NCBI GenBank assembly: GCA_030704615.1
Contig: CM060732.1
Coordinates: forward strand, 67,022,001 to 67,086,000
DNA: 64,000 nt
Direction of reading: 5' to 3'
Source: Takakia lepidozioides
Taxonomy: Eukaryota; Plantae; Bryophyta
Part shown: in pieces, positions 52,413 to 64,000 of the stretch
Layout: each line of letters starts with the position of its first letter
Numbering within the stretch: position 1 is the first letter of the stretch
Notes under the pieces: generated by a model
What the model was told of the DNA's origin: nothing
The model's database searches: none
What the model saw: the letters and a program-made list of their open reading frames with translations, nothing else
Made by a program: the position numbers and the translations under genes

Positions 52413-52779
52413 AGCATTGGATCTAATTCATTGAGCGTGTGAGGCTTGGAGGCTGGAGGGTATATAAGGTGGCCCCAATGCCCCTCACTTCTTTTGTGGC
52501 AAACACTTTTGTGGCGAGTGAATGTTCTCTATTCCTTGAGCAAGAGTGTAAGCCCAAGAGGAGGGTGCGGACCGTTTGCTGTTGTGGCTTCCACCAGAGC
52601 TACTGTAGCAAATTGTCGAAAAGCACAATACTACATGGTGCATTGATCCACTTGGATTGATGCCGTAGTGTTGGACCAACGCATTCTGTTCTAACTTCTA
52701 TTGCTCTTGACAAATCTACCAAGTACACTAGTGTTCTTCGTTCAACCTTAAGTCTGTGGTTAGGGTTTTGGGTGTGAGG

Positions 52780-55710
52780 ATGAGGGAGGAGTGGATCCCT
52801 TGGTTCACCATAGACCCGCACAAAAAGGACGGTGTTCAATGCAATCTTTGTGCATTGAAGCTGGCGGGTCACAAAGATCGCATGTTATATCACCTCGGCT
52901 ACAGAGATGGGAAGAATGCAGGGGTTAGTTTGTGCCCAAAAGCCTCCATGCGAGTGAAAGCCCATTTTGCCCAATGTGGAGGCAATATCCCACCGTCTCT
53001 TGATGTGGCCGCGACTTCTGAGCCAAACACTCCAGGTTCGAATCAAACTGTCCCTCAGAGTTGTACCCAGAGGGATTCTTGCGAGGCGTCTGCTGTTCGT
53101 GGAGAAGCCGGTGGGTCAGGAGCAACACCCGATTGTACGCCAGCACTTGTACGGACCAGACCATTGAGGCAACAATCAATGCAAGGAGGCTTAAATTTGT
53201 CGCACAGGAGGACTCTAGATAAGAAGTGGGCCCAATTTTTCTACGAGGCCAATATTCCGTTCAATGTCTTGATGCTTCCTGTGTTTGTGGCTGCTGTCAA
53301 AGCCACGTCCGATTCCAAGTCCACATACACACCTCCGAGTTATCGCGATCTCCGCACAAAATTGTTAGAAGAGGCTATGTCTGACCTCACCCAAAAGGTG
53401 AATGAAAAGACATGTGATTCTCTCCGGAATATGGAAGCACTATATGTGCGGACGGTTGGAGTTTTGTTACTAATCGACCACTGTTCAATGTCATGCTGGT
53501 CTATCCTGCGGGGGAACAATTTTTGGGATCCGTTGACACAAGCAGGGAGAGAAAAGATGCACGTTATCAAGCAGGGTTGTTGACGAGTTTCATCGATAAA
53601 ATTGGAGCTGATAAAATTGTCCAAGTGTGCACGGACAATGCATCTAACATGGTTAATATGGCCGATATTTTGATGGTACGATATCCCCATCTATATTACC
53701 AAAGGTGTACTGCTCATATCTTTGATCTCCTTTTGGAGGATTGGGGAAAAGAATCACGGATGAAACAACTAGTAAAAAATGCAAAGTCGGTCGTGACGTT
53801 CATTCATACACATCACATCCCTCTAGCATTGTTTAGAAAGCATGAACCCAAATACAGCCTTAGGAACCCGGGTGAAACCCGCTTTGCCACAACTTTTTGA
53901 TGGTGGATCGACTGGTGACTGTGAGGGCAGGTCTGGAGTAGGTGATCATTGACCCTCAATGGGATGCGTATGTGGGCACCTTACGCGACTCTCGTAAGTC
54001 CAAGTCTTTGAGCAAAAGTCGGAGGGTCCGCGCAATCTTCGCTCCAACGATTTCCGGGCGAAATGTGCAAATTTTGTGTACATGGTGGAGCCGGTGTTGA
54101 TTGCTTTGCAGGAGTTTGATGGAAAACAACCAATAATGGGTAAACCATGGTTGATATTGGAAAATCTTGAGAAGCACGTGCAATCCTTAAGGCGTCCTTC
54201 ATTTTCTATGGACGATGATTTGGCGGCAAGGAGTGAGGATGCATTTTACGATCGTAAACGGATGGTTCGCACGGACTTGCATTATGCGGGGGCCTTGTTG
54301 AATCCATTCTTGCTGGACAATATGGATTTGAGAGACGATATGGATGCCAAAGTCGGGCTTGTACGGGCATCATGCAACTCGCGCCCTTGAACATGACAAA
54401 ACGAGCTTTGTCCAAGTACAAGTGCTTCTCGGATCGCCAGAATCCTTTCCATGACATGCCGGATCCAAAAGCAATGAACATGTTGCCACATAAATGGTGG
54501 GATCTGATTGGAGCTAGAGCAAGAACGTTAGCCCCCATTGCAAAGCGTATTCTTGCTCAAGTGTGCTCTGCCTCGTCCTGTGAGCGGAACTGGAGCAGTT
54601 ACTCGTTTGTTCACAACAAGATTCGCAACAGGTTGAATCCTGCCAGGGCTGACAATGGTTTATGTCTACACGAATTGTAGGCTACTGCGAGAGATGACAG
54701 CAAGTGACGCATCTGCATGGTACGAGAAGAATCTGTTATATGAAGAATCTGCCTCAGAGGTCCAATCTAGCAGCAATGATGACACTGACGCCGCGAGGGA
54801 CTCCGACTCCGACGGTTGGGATGGGTCCGATGATGTGGGCAATCCTCCACATGACCCATATGAATTTAATGACGATGATGTTGCAATGCATCCATCCTTC
54901 GATGACTTTGTTGTTGATGAACTGCGACTGGTGTCATCCCAATTGCGGACCCCCTTCCCCCAGTGGAGCACACTCTCAACAATGAAGTTGAGGTCAACTC
55001 TCTCCCATCACGAGTTCCACGGACTGCGGGAGATGTGCAGGTCGAATCGTCGGATGATGACAACCGGCCGTTGTCATTCCTTCACCAACATCGTGCCCCT
55101 GTGAACCGTGCTTCATCTCACCCCGCTCCATCTCATGTTTCTCTTTCTCAAGCCTGTCCATCCCATGCTGGTCCATCTAGTTTCTCTTCCCCTCATGTAA
55201 TTCCTTCCATCGCTACTCCGATCCTGGGAGATGCTTTTTTTGCTGCGGGACTTCTGCAAGTTGAACCATCGGATGACGACGACCGGCCATTGTCGTTTCA
55301 TCTGGCTCGACGACGTCCGCATGTGAACCGTGCTCCCTCGACCCTCGTTGGTCCATCTCATGTCCCTTCATCTCATGTCGGCCCCTCTGATGTACGTGCG
55401 AATAGCCTTTCTCAAAAGAAACCTGCTCCAAGGCCACCACGAAATCCGGGACAAGCCCAGAAACGGTAAAAAATTGTGCAACATTTTGTTGGTGACCGAC
55501 CTGTGAACAGGCCTGATACCCTAGATGGTATTCATGATAGGAGTGGAAATCGACCAGAAAGACAACTGAACATACTCCGAGGACGACTATAGGTCCAACG
55601 GCCAGTTGCATCTGGAAACGAAAGAACAGATGGAGATCATGATTCTAGCACTGATCATGGGAACGGGGGTGAAGTGAGTGGGGACGAAGATTTTGTACTA
55701 GGCGTGAGAT
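52780..55710 (+). pseudogene. hAT transposase (BED zinc finger, DUF659, hAT dimerisation domain)
   Basis: CNLC...HL...C, DGWS, VCTDNASNM, CTAHIFDLLLED, ETRFAT, LHYAGALLNP and SASSCERNWS...RNRL. Several frameshifts and stops. Confidence 0.92.
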
Positions 55711-56050
55711 CATACCATCATCGTCGTGCCAGACGAAATTAGGTACAGCTACAACTTCTGTCACATGATGTGTAGTATGTTTCCATGGATATCCATGTTT
55801 CAGTTTGCGTACATGTATACGTGTACGGAAATAAAAATGGTGGAATATGTGTACCCAAGAAAGGGTTTGGTGGTTGTGCGTGTGTTTGTGTTTCGTCGTT
55901 ACCTTTACATTGTTGATTTCCTATTATGGTTTCGAAAGCCACAAAGGCCAGGTGCAGCTCCCAACATTCATCTTCCCCTTCACAAATCCATGGAGAGTTG
56001 ATACATGTACTTTTCATCTGCCTCTCCAAACATACATACAGGTGCAAAGG

Positions 56051-56759
56051 GACCAACCTCCTAGTGGTCGCATTTTTTTTTAAAAAAATAATTTTGTGAC
56101 CACCAGTAGCGGTCGTCGCAACTGTTAAAATAAAAGAAAAATGTTGCGACCACCCCCTGCTGGTAGTCGCACCTATTTATTGATTTACTGATTACCCCTG
56201 CTCGTGGTCGCAGATTTTTTTATTATTTTTTTTATTATTTTTTTTTTGGGAAACATCTGGGAGCGACAGCTCACAAATCAGGCCCCTTAGTAGTGAGAGA
56301 AGAAAATAACCTCTTTCATTTATGCGCCAAGAGGCGTAGGAATGGGGCACCACACACGAACCATACCACACCCATCAAGTAGCAAGATTTGACCCCAGAA
56401 TCGTCCGGGTCGCACTCAGTGCACTTAACCAACTGAGCTACTGACTGTTGGTAGATATTAAAAAATCGGAAAATTATGTGACCACCCCCCTACGACCACC
56501 CCCCTGCTGGTGGTCGCATCTATTAAAGAAAAGGAAAATAGTGTGACCACCAGCAGGTGGTGGTCGAACCTATTTGTTTTAAACAAAATTTCTGCGACTA
56601 CCCCTCTGCTGGTGGTCGCGCCTATTAAAAAAAGAAAAAATTATGCGACCACCTCCCTGCTGATTAAAATATATATATATCTGCGACCCACCCCCTTCTG
56701 GTGGTCGCACATAATAAAGAAAAGAAAAAAAGATGCGACCACCCATGCTGGTGGTCGCA
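56051..56759. repeat. Palindrome array 2 (same motif, loop mostly inverted), interrupted by a SINE
   Basis: About 11 units lie between the transposase and the accessory gene, and TTATAAGG follows at 56819. Two more units occur at 60704-60782. Confidence 0.88.
56216..56451 (-). mobile_element. tRNA-derived SINE
   Basis: On the minus strand: A-box TAGCTCAGTTGGTTAAG, B-box-like GGGTCAAATC and an A-rich tail (T-run at 56216-56248 on +). Confidence 0.75.
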
Positions 56760-57188
56760 GCTATTACTAGCGTGCGCAGTCATGATGACAGCGCGCGCCT
56801 CGAGTGTGGAGGGGGGGCTTATAAGGCCTTGGAGGCCATTCTCTCCCTCACTTTTCTCCACACCAGGACTTGGTGGGCGATGGGATGTTGCATTCCTTGT
56901 CATTGAGTCCAAGTGGAGAGGGGTGCTATTGGTTGGGTGGGGGGTATTTTGGGCCGTTGTATTCTACGAAATCGATGCTAAGTACCTCCTAGGAAGCCCT
57001 CCTTTAGCACCCACGTTTTTTTCATTGCACATTGCGTCATATCACTTAGAACTGCCGAGGGAGTGACACGTGCCTCTAGTACTTGGAGAGGATTCATTAG
57101 GGAGTACGATGTAGGAACGATGTAGGAGGGTTGGGAGAGCATTTTTCTTAGCAAGCATCTGTCGAGTAGGGGTAAGCCAAAGCCATAA

Positions 57189-59674
57189 ATGGCGGAGGAG
57201 GAAGACAGAGGAGGTCATCCCAGGGATGACGATAATGAACCTGGACCTCCCAAAAAAAAAAACCAAAAGGGGCCAGGCGCGAACTTCGTTGGGACATATA
57301 CAATGACCCCAACATTCTTGCGGAACCAGCTTGGGCAGTTTGGAAGTTGGGGCAGCGGTGGTCGCTTGGTGACTGCAGGAAATTTGTGGTGTCACATAAA
57401 TCGTTTGTGGCCCAAAGATAGACATGATCCACAAACCAAATAAAATCAAGCTAGCTTGCATTCCTGCGCCAACCCACATTTCCGCCACAGGGCAGAGGAG
57501 GTACATACAACATTGTGGGGTCAACCGAACGTCAACAACAAGGTCCCGTATTTATTTGCGGCCATGTTGTACACAGAGTTGATTTTATTGCGACCGGTGG
57601 ATTGGCAAACTGCCACTGCGAGACAGCGTACTAGACTATACATGTTTTCTGATATCCCAGACTTGTATATATGTCAGGGGCAGGACATCATACGGTTCGA
57701 TGGAAACGACGAGGTGGAAGAAGGAGGAAATGCGGATGGAAACGACGATGTGGAAGAAGGAGGAAATGCATACCAACCTCCAGATTATACGCCACAACAG
57801 GTCTCCGCAGCCAGCCTTCGACGTCTGAGGTGGAGGACGGCGAGGTACGCTCTCCGTTGGAAGAACAGTTGGCCGCACATGAACAACACATCAAAGACCT
57901 GCATGACATTGTGCATTTGCAACGGTGGCAAATAACGAAGTTGCTGGAAAGAATGGGGTTGGGGACTCTCGACAGCGTACGCGATGTGCTTCAGGACCCG
58001 AGGCCAATCACCAAAGAACAAGACATATTGGCGCGTTTGAATATGCTACCAATGGACATTGACCGCGTCATCGACAGGGTTGACTCAATCGGGCATGGGA
58101 ATGAAGTGCAAACGTCTGAACTGGACCCGGCGAGGGTTGATGAAGAAAGACTTGCGGCAGAGAGGGCAAGAAAAGGGAAGGACCCCATAGTGGAAACTGG
58201 GGAATGTTCAACCGTGCAAATTACATCGGCCCAAGAACATGAATTAGAGCAGCTTGTGGGGGAACGCGAGCAAGCTAGGGCTGTTGCATATCGGTACTCA
58301 AATGCCATTCAAATCCGATCGTGGCCATGGTTGAAGGGGAATTGGCGAAATTGGGTGACATGGGCGGGCCATCTAGCATCGCGGGAAACACGGATAGAAG
58401 AAGCGTTGTCCTCCCTCCAACGTGCAGCACGTTTGTCGAATCGAAGCGTAGATAGCATCTACGCTAATTTGCAAAGGCACGACACTGTGCGTGTGTATTG
58501 TCAGTACAATTCATGATGTTTGAGCACCAATAAACAGCATAAACTGGGATTTGGAAGTAGAGGAGGAGTGGGACACCAGGCCGAGGATGTCAGCCTACAT
58601 TAATGAGGATAAACGGACGTGGATACCACAGAGCAATCCAGCGTCATGGGTAACAGATGGTACGGTGTGCACAATGTGCCTAAACCTTTATGGACCGGAG
58701 AGAGGTTATATGCTTGGTTCATGTGGCCATTTGTTTCATCCCACATGTCTCATATCGGCAGCCATGCGAGCCAGCCAATGCCCTGACTGCCGTTGACCAA
58801 TCCATCGACGTTTCTACGAGTTGTTTGGGTTGCAAGACAATATGCCCACGGGATACGAGTACAACCGGTACAATATGCCATTGGATGTATCGCCTTACGA
58901 TTTTTTAAATTGGCAGCACTGGGGTAATGACATGGGATGCTCCAAGAGAGATGCACGCCTTGGATGCGAAGACGTTAACTAGGGTTAAAGATCCGGTGAC
59001 CTTTTGGGTGACATCCAACTGGGAAATAACCGTGCGTGCTAGAGGCATACGGGACCCAGTTCAAAGGGAGTTTTTTTGCCGAAACTTGGGAGGGCATTGG
59101 AGCTGTACCAGACAAATATTCTTCCGACTGCCTGATGATCCGTGGGTGCCAGCGGAAAATGACCCATACAATCGAACCGATTGGGAGAGACCTATTTCTG
59201 AGGGAGTTGGAGGCTGCTAACATCTGTTGGGAGGATAGACGTACTGGGTGCCTCGTCGGGATGATGGGCCATTTCTTCCAGAGTTGCGCAGAGACCCCCA
59301 GTAGGATGAGGTGTTAGACAATTTCAAGGCTGCCATCACGAGTGTTCTAAAGCATTGGCATAACACATGGCGTGACCAAGTTGCCCCTATTCCAGGGGTG
59401 TTCTTGCCACTTCCAAACATATCGGATTTAATTGAAAAATTGCATGCCGCTGTAGCAAGAGCGACACACCCGGCTCTAGCAAATATGGAAGAGAGTCAGC
59501 ACTCGCCTAGAACGCTACGCATGATGGCAAGGGTGGGACCACACAACACTGGGTCCCTCTTTGACCACTCGAGCTCTCCGTACTGGTGGAGGCACGTCCT
59601 CTACACCCGGAGCATCTTCATCAACATCTGGAGATGACGACAACGAAGTAATAAATCTAGATGAAGATGACTAG
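57189..59674 (+). pseudogene. hAT-borne accessory gene (~800 codons): unknown N-domain, coiled coil, RING-H2, C-terminal SIM-like motif
   Basis: Collinear ORFs 57189-57443, 57456-57935, 57671-58516, 58551-58796, 58927-59220 and 59311-59637. RING-H2 spacing is C-x2-C-x14-C-x-H-x2-H-x2-C-x10-C-x2-C. The gene ends DDDNEVINLDEDD*. Confidence 0.75.
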
Positions 59675-61231
59675 AAATGCTAGAAACGTAGGGAGTAGGC
59701 TAAAGGTCTCAGGTTGCGAAAACTTAAATGTGCAACCCACTGTATAGTCTACGTAATTTTTGAAAATACGAGGTTCATCCTTTGAACCATTTTTGAATGA
59801 CCTCATACTTGTTCGGTACTTGTTTGACGACATGTACAATATACTGGCAAAGTTTCAAAACAATCAAAAATTGATGAATGAAGATACCATTGGTTCACCC
59901 ATTGCAATATTTAAAATCGAACTCATACTTGTCCGGTACCTTTAAGAGGGCATGTACAATGCAATGGCAAAGTTTGAAAACATTCAGAAATCGGCACATC
60001 AAGTAACCATTGGGTCCTCCTGTGAACCATTTTTTATTGATCTCATACTTGTCCGGTCCATGTAAGAGGCATGTAGAACATACTGGCAAAATTTCAAATC
60101 ATTCAATTTTTTTTTTATCAAGGAACCTTTGGTTTATCCTTTTCACCATTAACGATTAATCACAAATAAATGAACAGACGCATAAATCATTTGTCTCCAA
60201 ATGATTTTGGTTCGCTTTGAGACTTGGCCAGTATCTTCAATGTACCATGGAAGACGCCCTAGAGTAATATGAGATCAATCGAAATTCGTTCAATGGGCCA
60301 ACGGATGGTTGCCCATCCAAATGATTTTCGTGCGCTTTGAGACTTGGTCAGTGTGTTCAATGTACCCTCTGATAGGTCCCAGTGTAATATGAGATCAATT
60401 GAAATTCATTCGATGGGCTAATGAGGCGTTCAGTTGTCATCTGGTTTTTGTTCATTGCGAAAAAAAATTCCTGCAATGCGTGCAAGGCTATTGCACCCAT
60501 TGAACGGATGTGAATGAAGCCCCTCTTGCCCGCATGTGCTTGAACATGTGTGCGACACATTTGCGGAGACACAACAGACGAATAAATCATTTGCCTCCCC
60601 ATCGACACCAAGCCATTCTATAATGTAATTGAATTTAAATTAATTTTAAGCCAATAAATAGGTTTGCACTGCCTTTCATTGGGGGTTTCTGTAAGAAAAA
60701 ATGTGCGACCACCCCCTTCTGGTGGTCGCACCTATTTAAAAAAAATAAAAATTTGTTCGACCAACCTTTGCTAATGGTCGCATGATTGACAATATAAATC
60801 ATAATATATGAATTTTATAGATAATTAATGAAGTCCACGTAATGAGGCTATATCGGTTGTCACGTTGGTTCTCATAGTAAATAGTCAATAGTAAAATAAA
60901 AATAAATAAAAATATTTATGTACAGTAACGTCGGTTTAGGACGTGACGTGTCGCACGTCCGTCGCTGACGTTGGACGTGACGCTGATGCGTCAACGCCAT
61001 CTCACGTCCAAATTTGCAACTAGGGTTGAAGGTCGTGAGAGTCGGAACGGCTGATTTAGTAGTTGGGTAAGCAACAACTCCAATGTATCTGATTCCTGGA
61101 CTCCATGCTGCCAATACAAGATGCAAGAGTGTTAAAAGTGTAGCTATATATACTGATGTGTGGTGCTTTTCTCTCCTTAGCGTGTATTAGGTACACTGAA
61201 TGTGGAGTCTTCACTTTGAAACTAACTTGGG

Positions 61232-64000
61232 GACTGGACACTCTTCAGTCTCGCCAACACAAGTTCAAACTACTTTTGTTCCCAGTCCTAGTACCCGGTT
61301 TAGCTTCCAGTACTCTAGCCCACTTTCCAGTATCTGACACTCTAATCCAGTTTCCAGCATTCTAATATTCAAGTGGAGTTCCAGTATCTTGTACTCTTGT
61401 CCCTTGTTATGAAGATCATCTTGATTCTTATTTACCCATCATGCATTCGGCCACGCCGGCCTTGATTTCTTGTCTAGTCTTGTACCTCTAGTATGATCTT
61501 TTGTTTGTGTTTAGTCATGTTCTCATCCTTGACAGTTTGGCGAGACTAAAGTTGAGATGGAAGACACATTTGCGGAAATTGTCGTCACCTTGTAGAATCT
61601 TCAGCTCCAGATGTAAGAACTTCATACCTTTACTGCCTAATTATAAGCTGATCAGTCTCAAGATCTTGGCAACGCTCTCCACAATTTGCAATAACAAATT
61701 TCAGAGTTAAAGGAGTCGAACAATGGATCTGCAACCATACGAATCTCTACTACAACAGCTCTAGTTCCTCTTCAACAGATTACGAGAGAACCAAAGATCA
61801 GCAAGCCCGAAAAATTTGATGGGATGAGATCAAGATTTCGCGGTTTTGTTCAAGAAGTACGATTGTTCCTATAACTACATCCACAACGCTATCCCAATGA
61901 AGGTATTCAAGTGGGATTCATGGGCACCCTTCTATTAGGCACTGCCATATTTTGGTTTGCACCGCTATTAGAAAACAATTCGAATTTACTATACAATTTT
62001 GAAGCGTTCATGTCCGAGTTCACTGCTACATTTGGAGAGAATGATATAGAGATAGTTACAGAAACAAAGATGCGAAATCTTCGACAAGGAGCACATCCTA
62101 CTTCCGTTTATGCTGCCGAATTTCGACAACTTGCGTGCGACCTCGACTGGAATGAGAAGAGTCTCATTAGTCAGTTTAGATGTGGACTAAAAGATGATGT
62201 AAAATATTTGTTGCTGACAATGTCAACCGTGAGTACACTAAGCGAATTCATCACCCAAATCATTGCATGCGATAATCGTTTGTTCGAAAGACGTCAAGAG
62301 AAGCGATCTGGATGGTCGACGACGCATCATGTCGCTGCTATTACGGTACCAAACACAACGATCCATCAGACATCCGATAGTGATCATATGTAGATTGATG
62401 TTGTCCGATTCAAACCATTCACGCCACAAGAAAAACAAAGACGACGCTCGAATGGATTATGCCTCTATTGCGGAAAAGAAGATCACATAGCATTAAACTG
62501 CCCCAACAAGAGAAGATTCAAAGCTCAGGGCGCAACTCAAGTATTCGATATGAGGAGGTCGGAAAACTTTCATGTTCAGTCACAGTAGGGACCATGCGGC
62601 TGGACACCACAAATCTCTTACCAAAAAAAGGTCTCTTTCTACCTCCAGATCCTGCCCCTTGCTTCATAGTTTCGGTAAAAATCAGAGTACAAAATCGAGA
62701 TATCTCTGTAGAAGCATTTTTGGGATTTTTGGCATTTTTGGGATTTGCAAATTTCTATAGAATCTTCATCAAGAACTACTTCAAAATTACTGCACCATTG
62801 ACACGACTCACGGGGAAGGACAAATTTGTATGGGACGAGAAGGCTGACCAGACATTTGAAAGGCTGAAACAGACATTTACAACAGCTCCAATACTGGTAC
62901 ATGCAGACCCATCTAAATCATTCTTTTTGGAAGCAGATGCATCAGAATTTGCACTATCTCAATACGGTACGGATGACCGACATCACCCTGTTGGTTTCGT
63001 TCTCGCAAATTTTCCGTTGCGAAGATCAATTATGAAATCCATGTCAAAGAATTTCTAGCAATTATCGATGCTTTTGAGGAGTGACGTCATCTATTGGAGG
63101 GAGCTAACATCAGGTCACTGTCTATACCGATCACAAAAATCTTGAGTATTTTATGAGTGCTCGTGTTTTGAATCGACTTCAAGCGAGATGGAGTATGTCA
63201 CTAGCAAGGTTTAATGTTATTATTACCTACCGTCCCGGACATCTTTAAGGAAAACCAGATGCTCTTTCTCAACGATCGTATCTTGCGCCAAAAGAATGGG
63301 ACGTAGCTTTCGACCAACAGAAATCCATTATCTTGAAACCAGCAAATCTCCAATTGAATATGATATTCATATCCATCTATGACGATGCAGAGATCATAAA
63401 TGAAATTCAGGAAGCACTAATGAGCGACCAATTTGCTAAAATACTACGAAGTCAACTGAATCAATCTCAAGACCACCCACATGTTACAAACGATTTCGAA
63501 TTCAAAGATGGCTTACTTTACTTCAAGGGACTTCTCTATGTATCTCCAAGACCTATACGACGTCAAATTCTTCAAACAGGTCATGATCTTCCGACTGCAG
63601 GACATTTCGGCTTCAACAAAACAATGGAATTGATATCCAGGGACTATTGGCCGCCGCAGATATGGAAACTCGTGAAAAATTTATAAAATCTTGCGACACG
63701 TGTGCTAGAGCGAAGGGACCACGACATCGACCTTACGGCCTTTTTCAACCATTATCCATTCCCAAAGGTCCATGGTCGTCCGTGTCTATGGACTTTATTA
63801 CGGACCTTTCAATTTCCAAGACCACCAATCCAATCCTTGTTATTGTGGATCGTTTTACGAAGATGACACAATTCATTCCATGTAATAAGACGGTTACAGG
63901 CGAGGAAACTGCAAGACTCTTCTTCAATAATATCTACCGCATTCATGGACTCCCGAAGGTCATCGTATCTGATCGAGGACCACAGTTCATATCAAATTTC
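61232..64000 (+). mobile_element. Family B segment in + orientation: R-U5 half of the LTR (61232-61534), PBS, gag, PR/RT deletion, RNase H, integrase (runs off window)
   Basis: High similarity to the reverse complement of element B. A deletion joins DISVEA to FLGFANFYR near 62715-62740. Confidence 0.92.

Larger units (their letters stand above)
51620..61024 (+). mobile_element. 9.4-kb hAT transposon with a transposase and an accessory gene
   Basis: Perfect 8-bp TSD GTTGAAGG (51612-51619 and 61025-61032), imperfect TIR CAGGGTTGCA/CCTAGTTGCA, and ACGTCA-rich subterminal clusters at both ends. Confidence 0.9.

Noticed and set aside
56380-56445. Functional tRNA gene
   Set aside because: A and B boxes are present, but I see no full cloverleaf, and a body and A-tail typical of a SINE follow.

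Overview
Repeat-dominated eukaryotic nuclear DNA. It is probably from a non-seed land plant; this is inferred from a plant-type PFP-beta gene, PLS-class PPR fragments, a plastid 16S fragment and Tcn1-like chromoviruses. The only intact host gene I can support is an intronless PPi-dependent phosphofructokinase beta subunit (39257-40960). The rest is nested transposons, many with boundaries resolved by TIR/LTR ends and TSDs: a full-length Met-tRNA-primed chromovirus (12202-19138, TSD ATCTG) inside another Ty3/gypsy element; two copies of an apparently self-priming chromovirus family, one rearranged by an inversion; a Pack-CACTA carrying PPR fragments (22487-26952); CACTA, hAT and Tourist-type non-autonomous elements; two tRNA-derived SINEs; a LINE fragment; and a 16S NUPT. 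The two most interesting candidates are DNA transposons with accessory genes. (1) A 9.4-kb hAT (51620-61024, TSD GTTGAAGG) carries a transposase and a second gene with a RING-H2 finger and a C-terminal SUMO-interacting-like motif; each gene is preceded by an array of ~51-bp-period palindromes and a TATA box. (2) A GCM-type zinc-finger transposase fragment lies head-to-head with a spliced gene ending in an N4/N6 DNA-methyltransferase-like motif. All coordinates were read by eye and no database searches were run.
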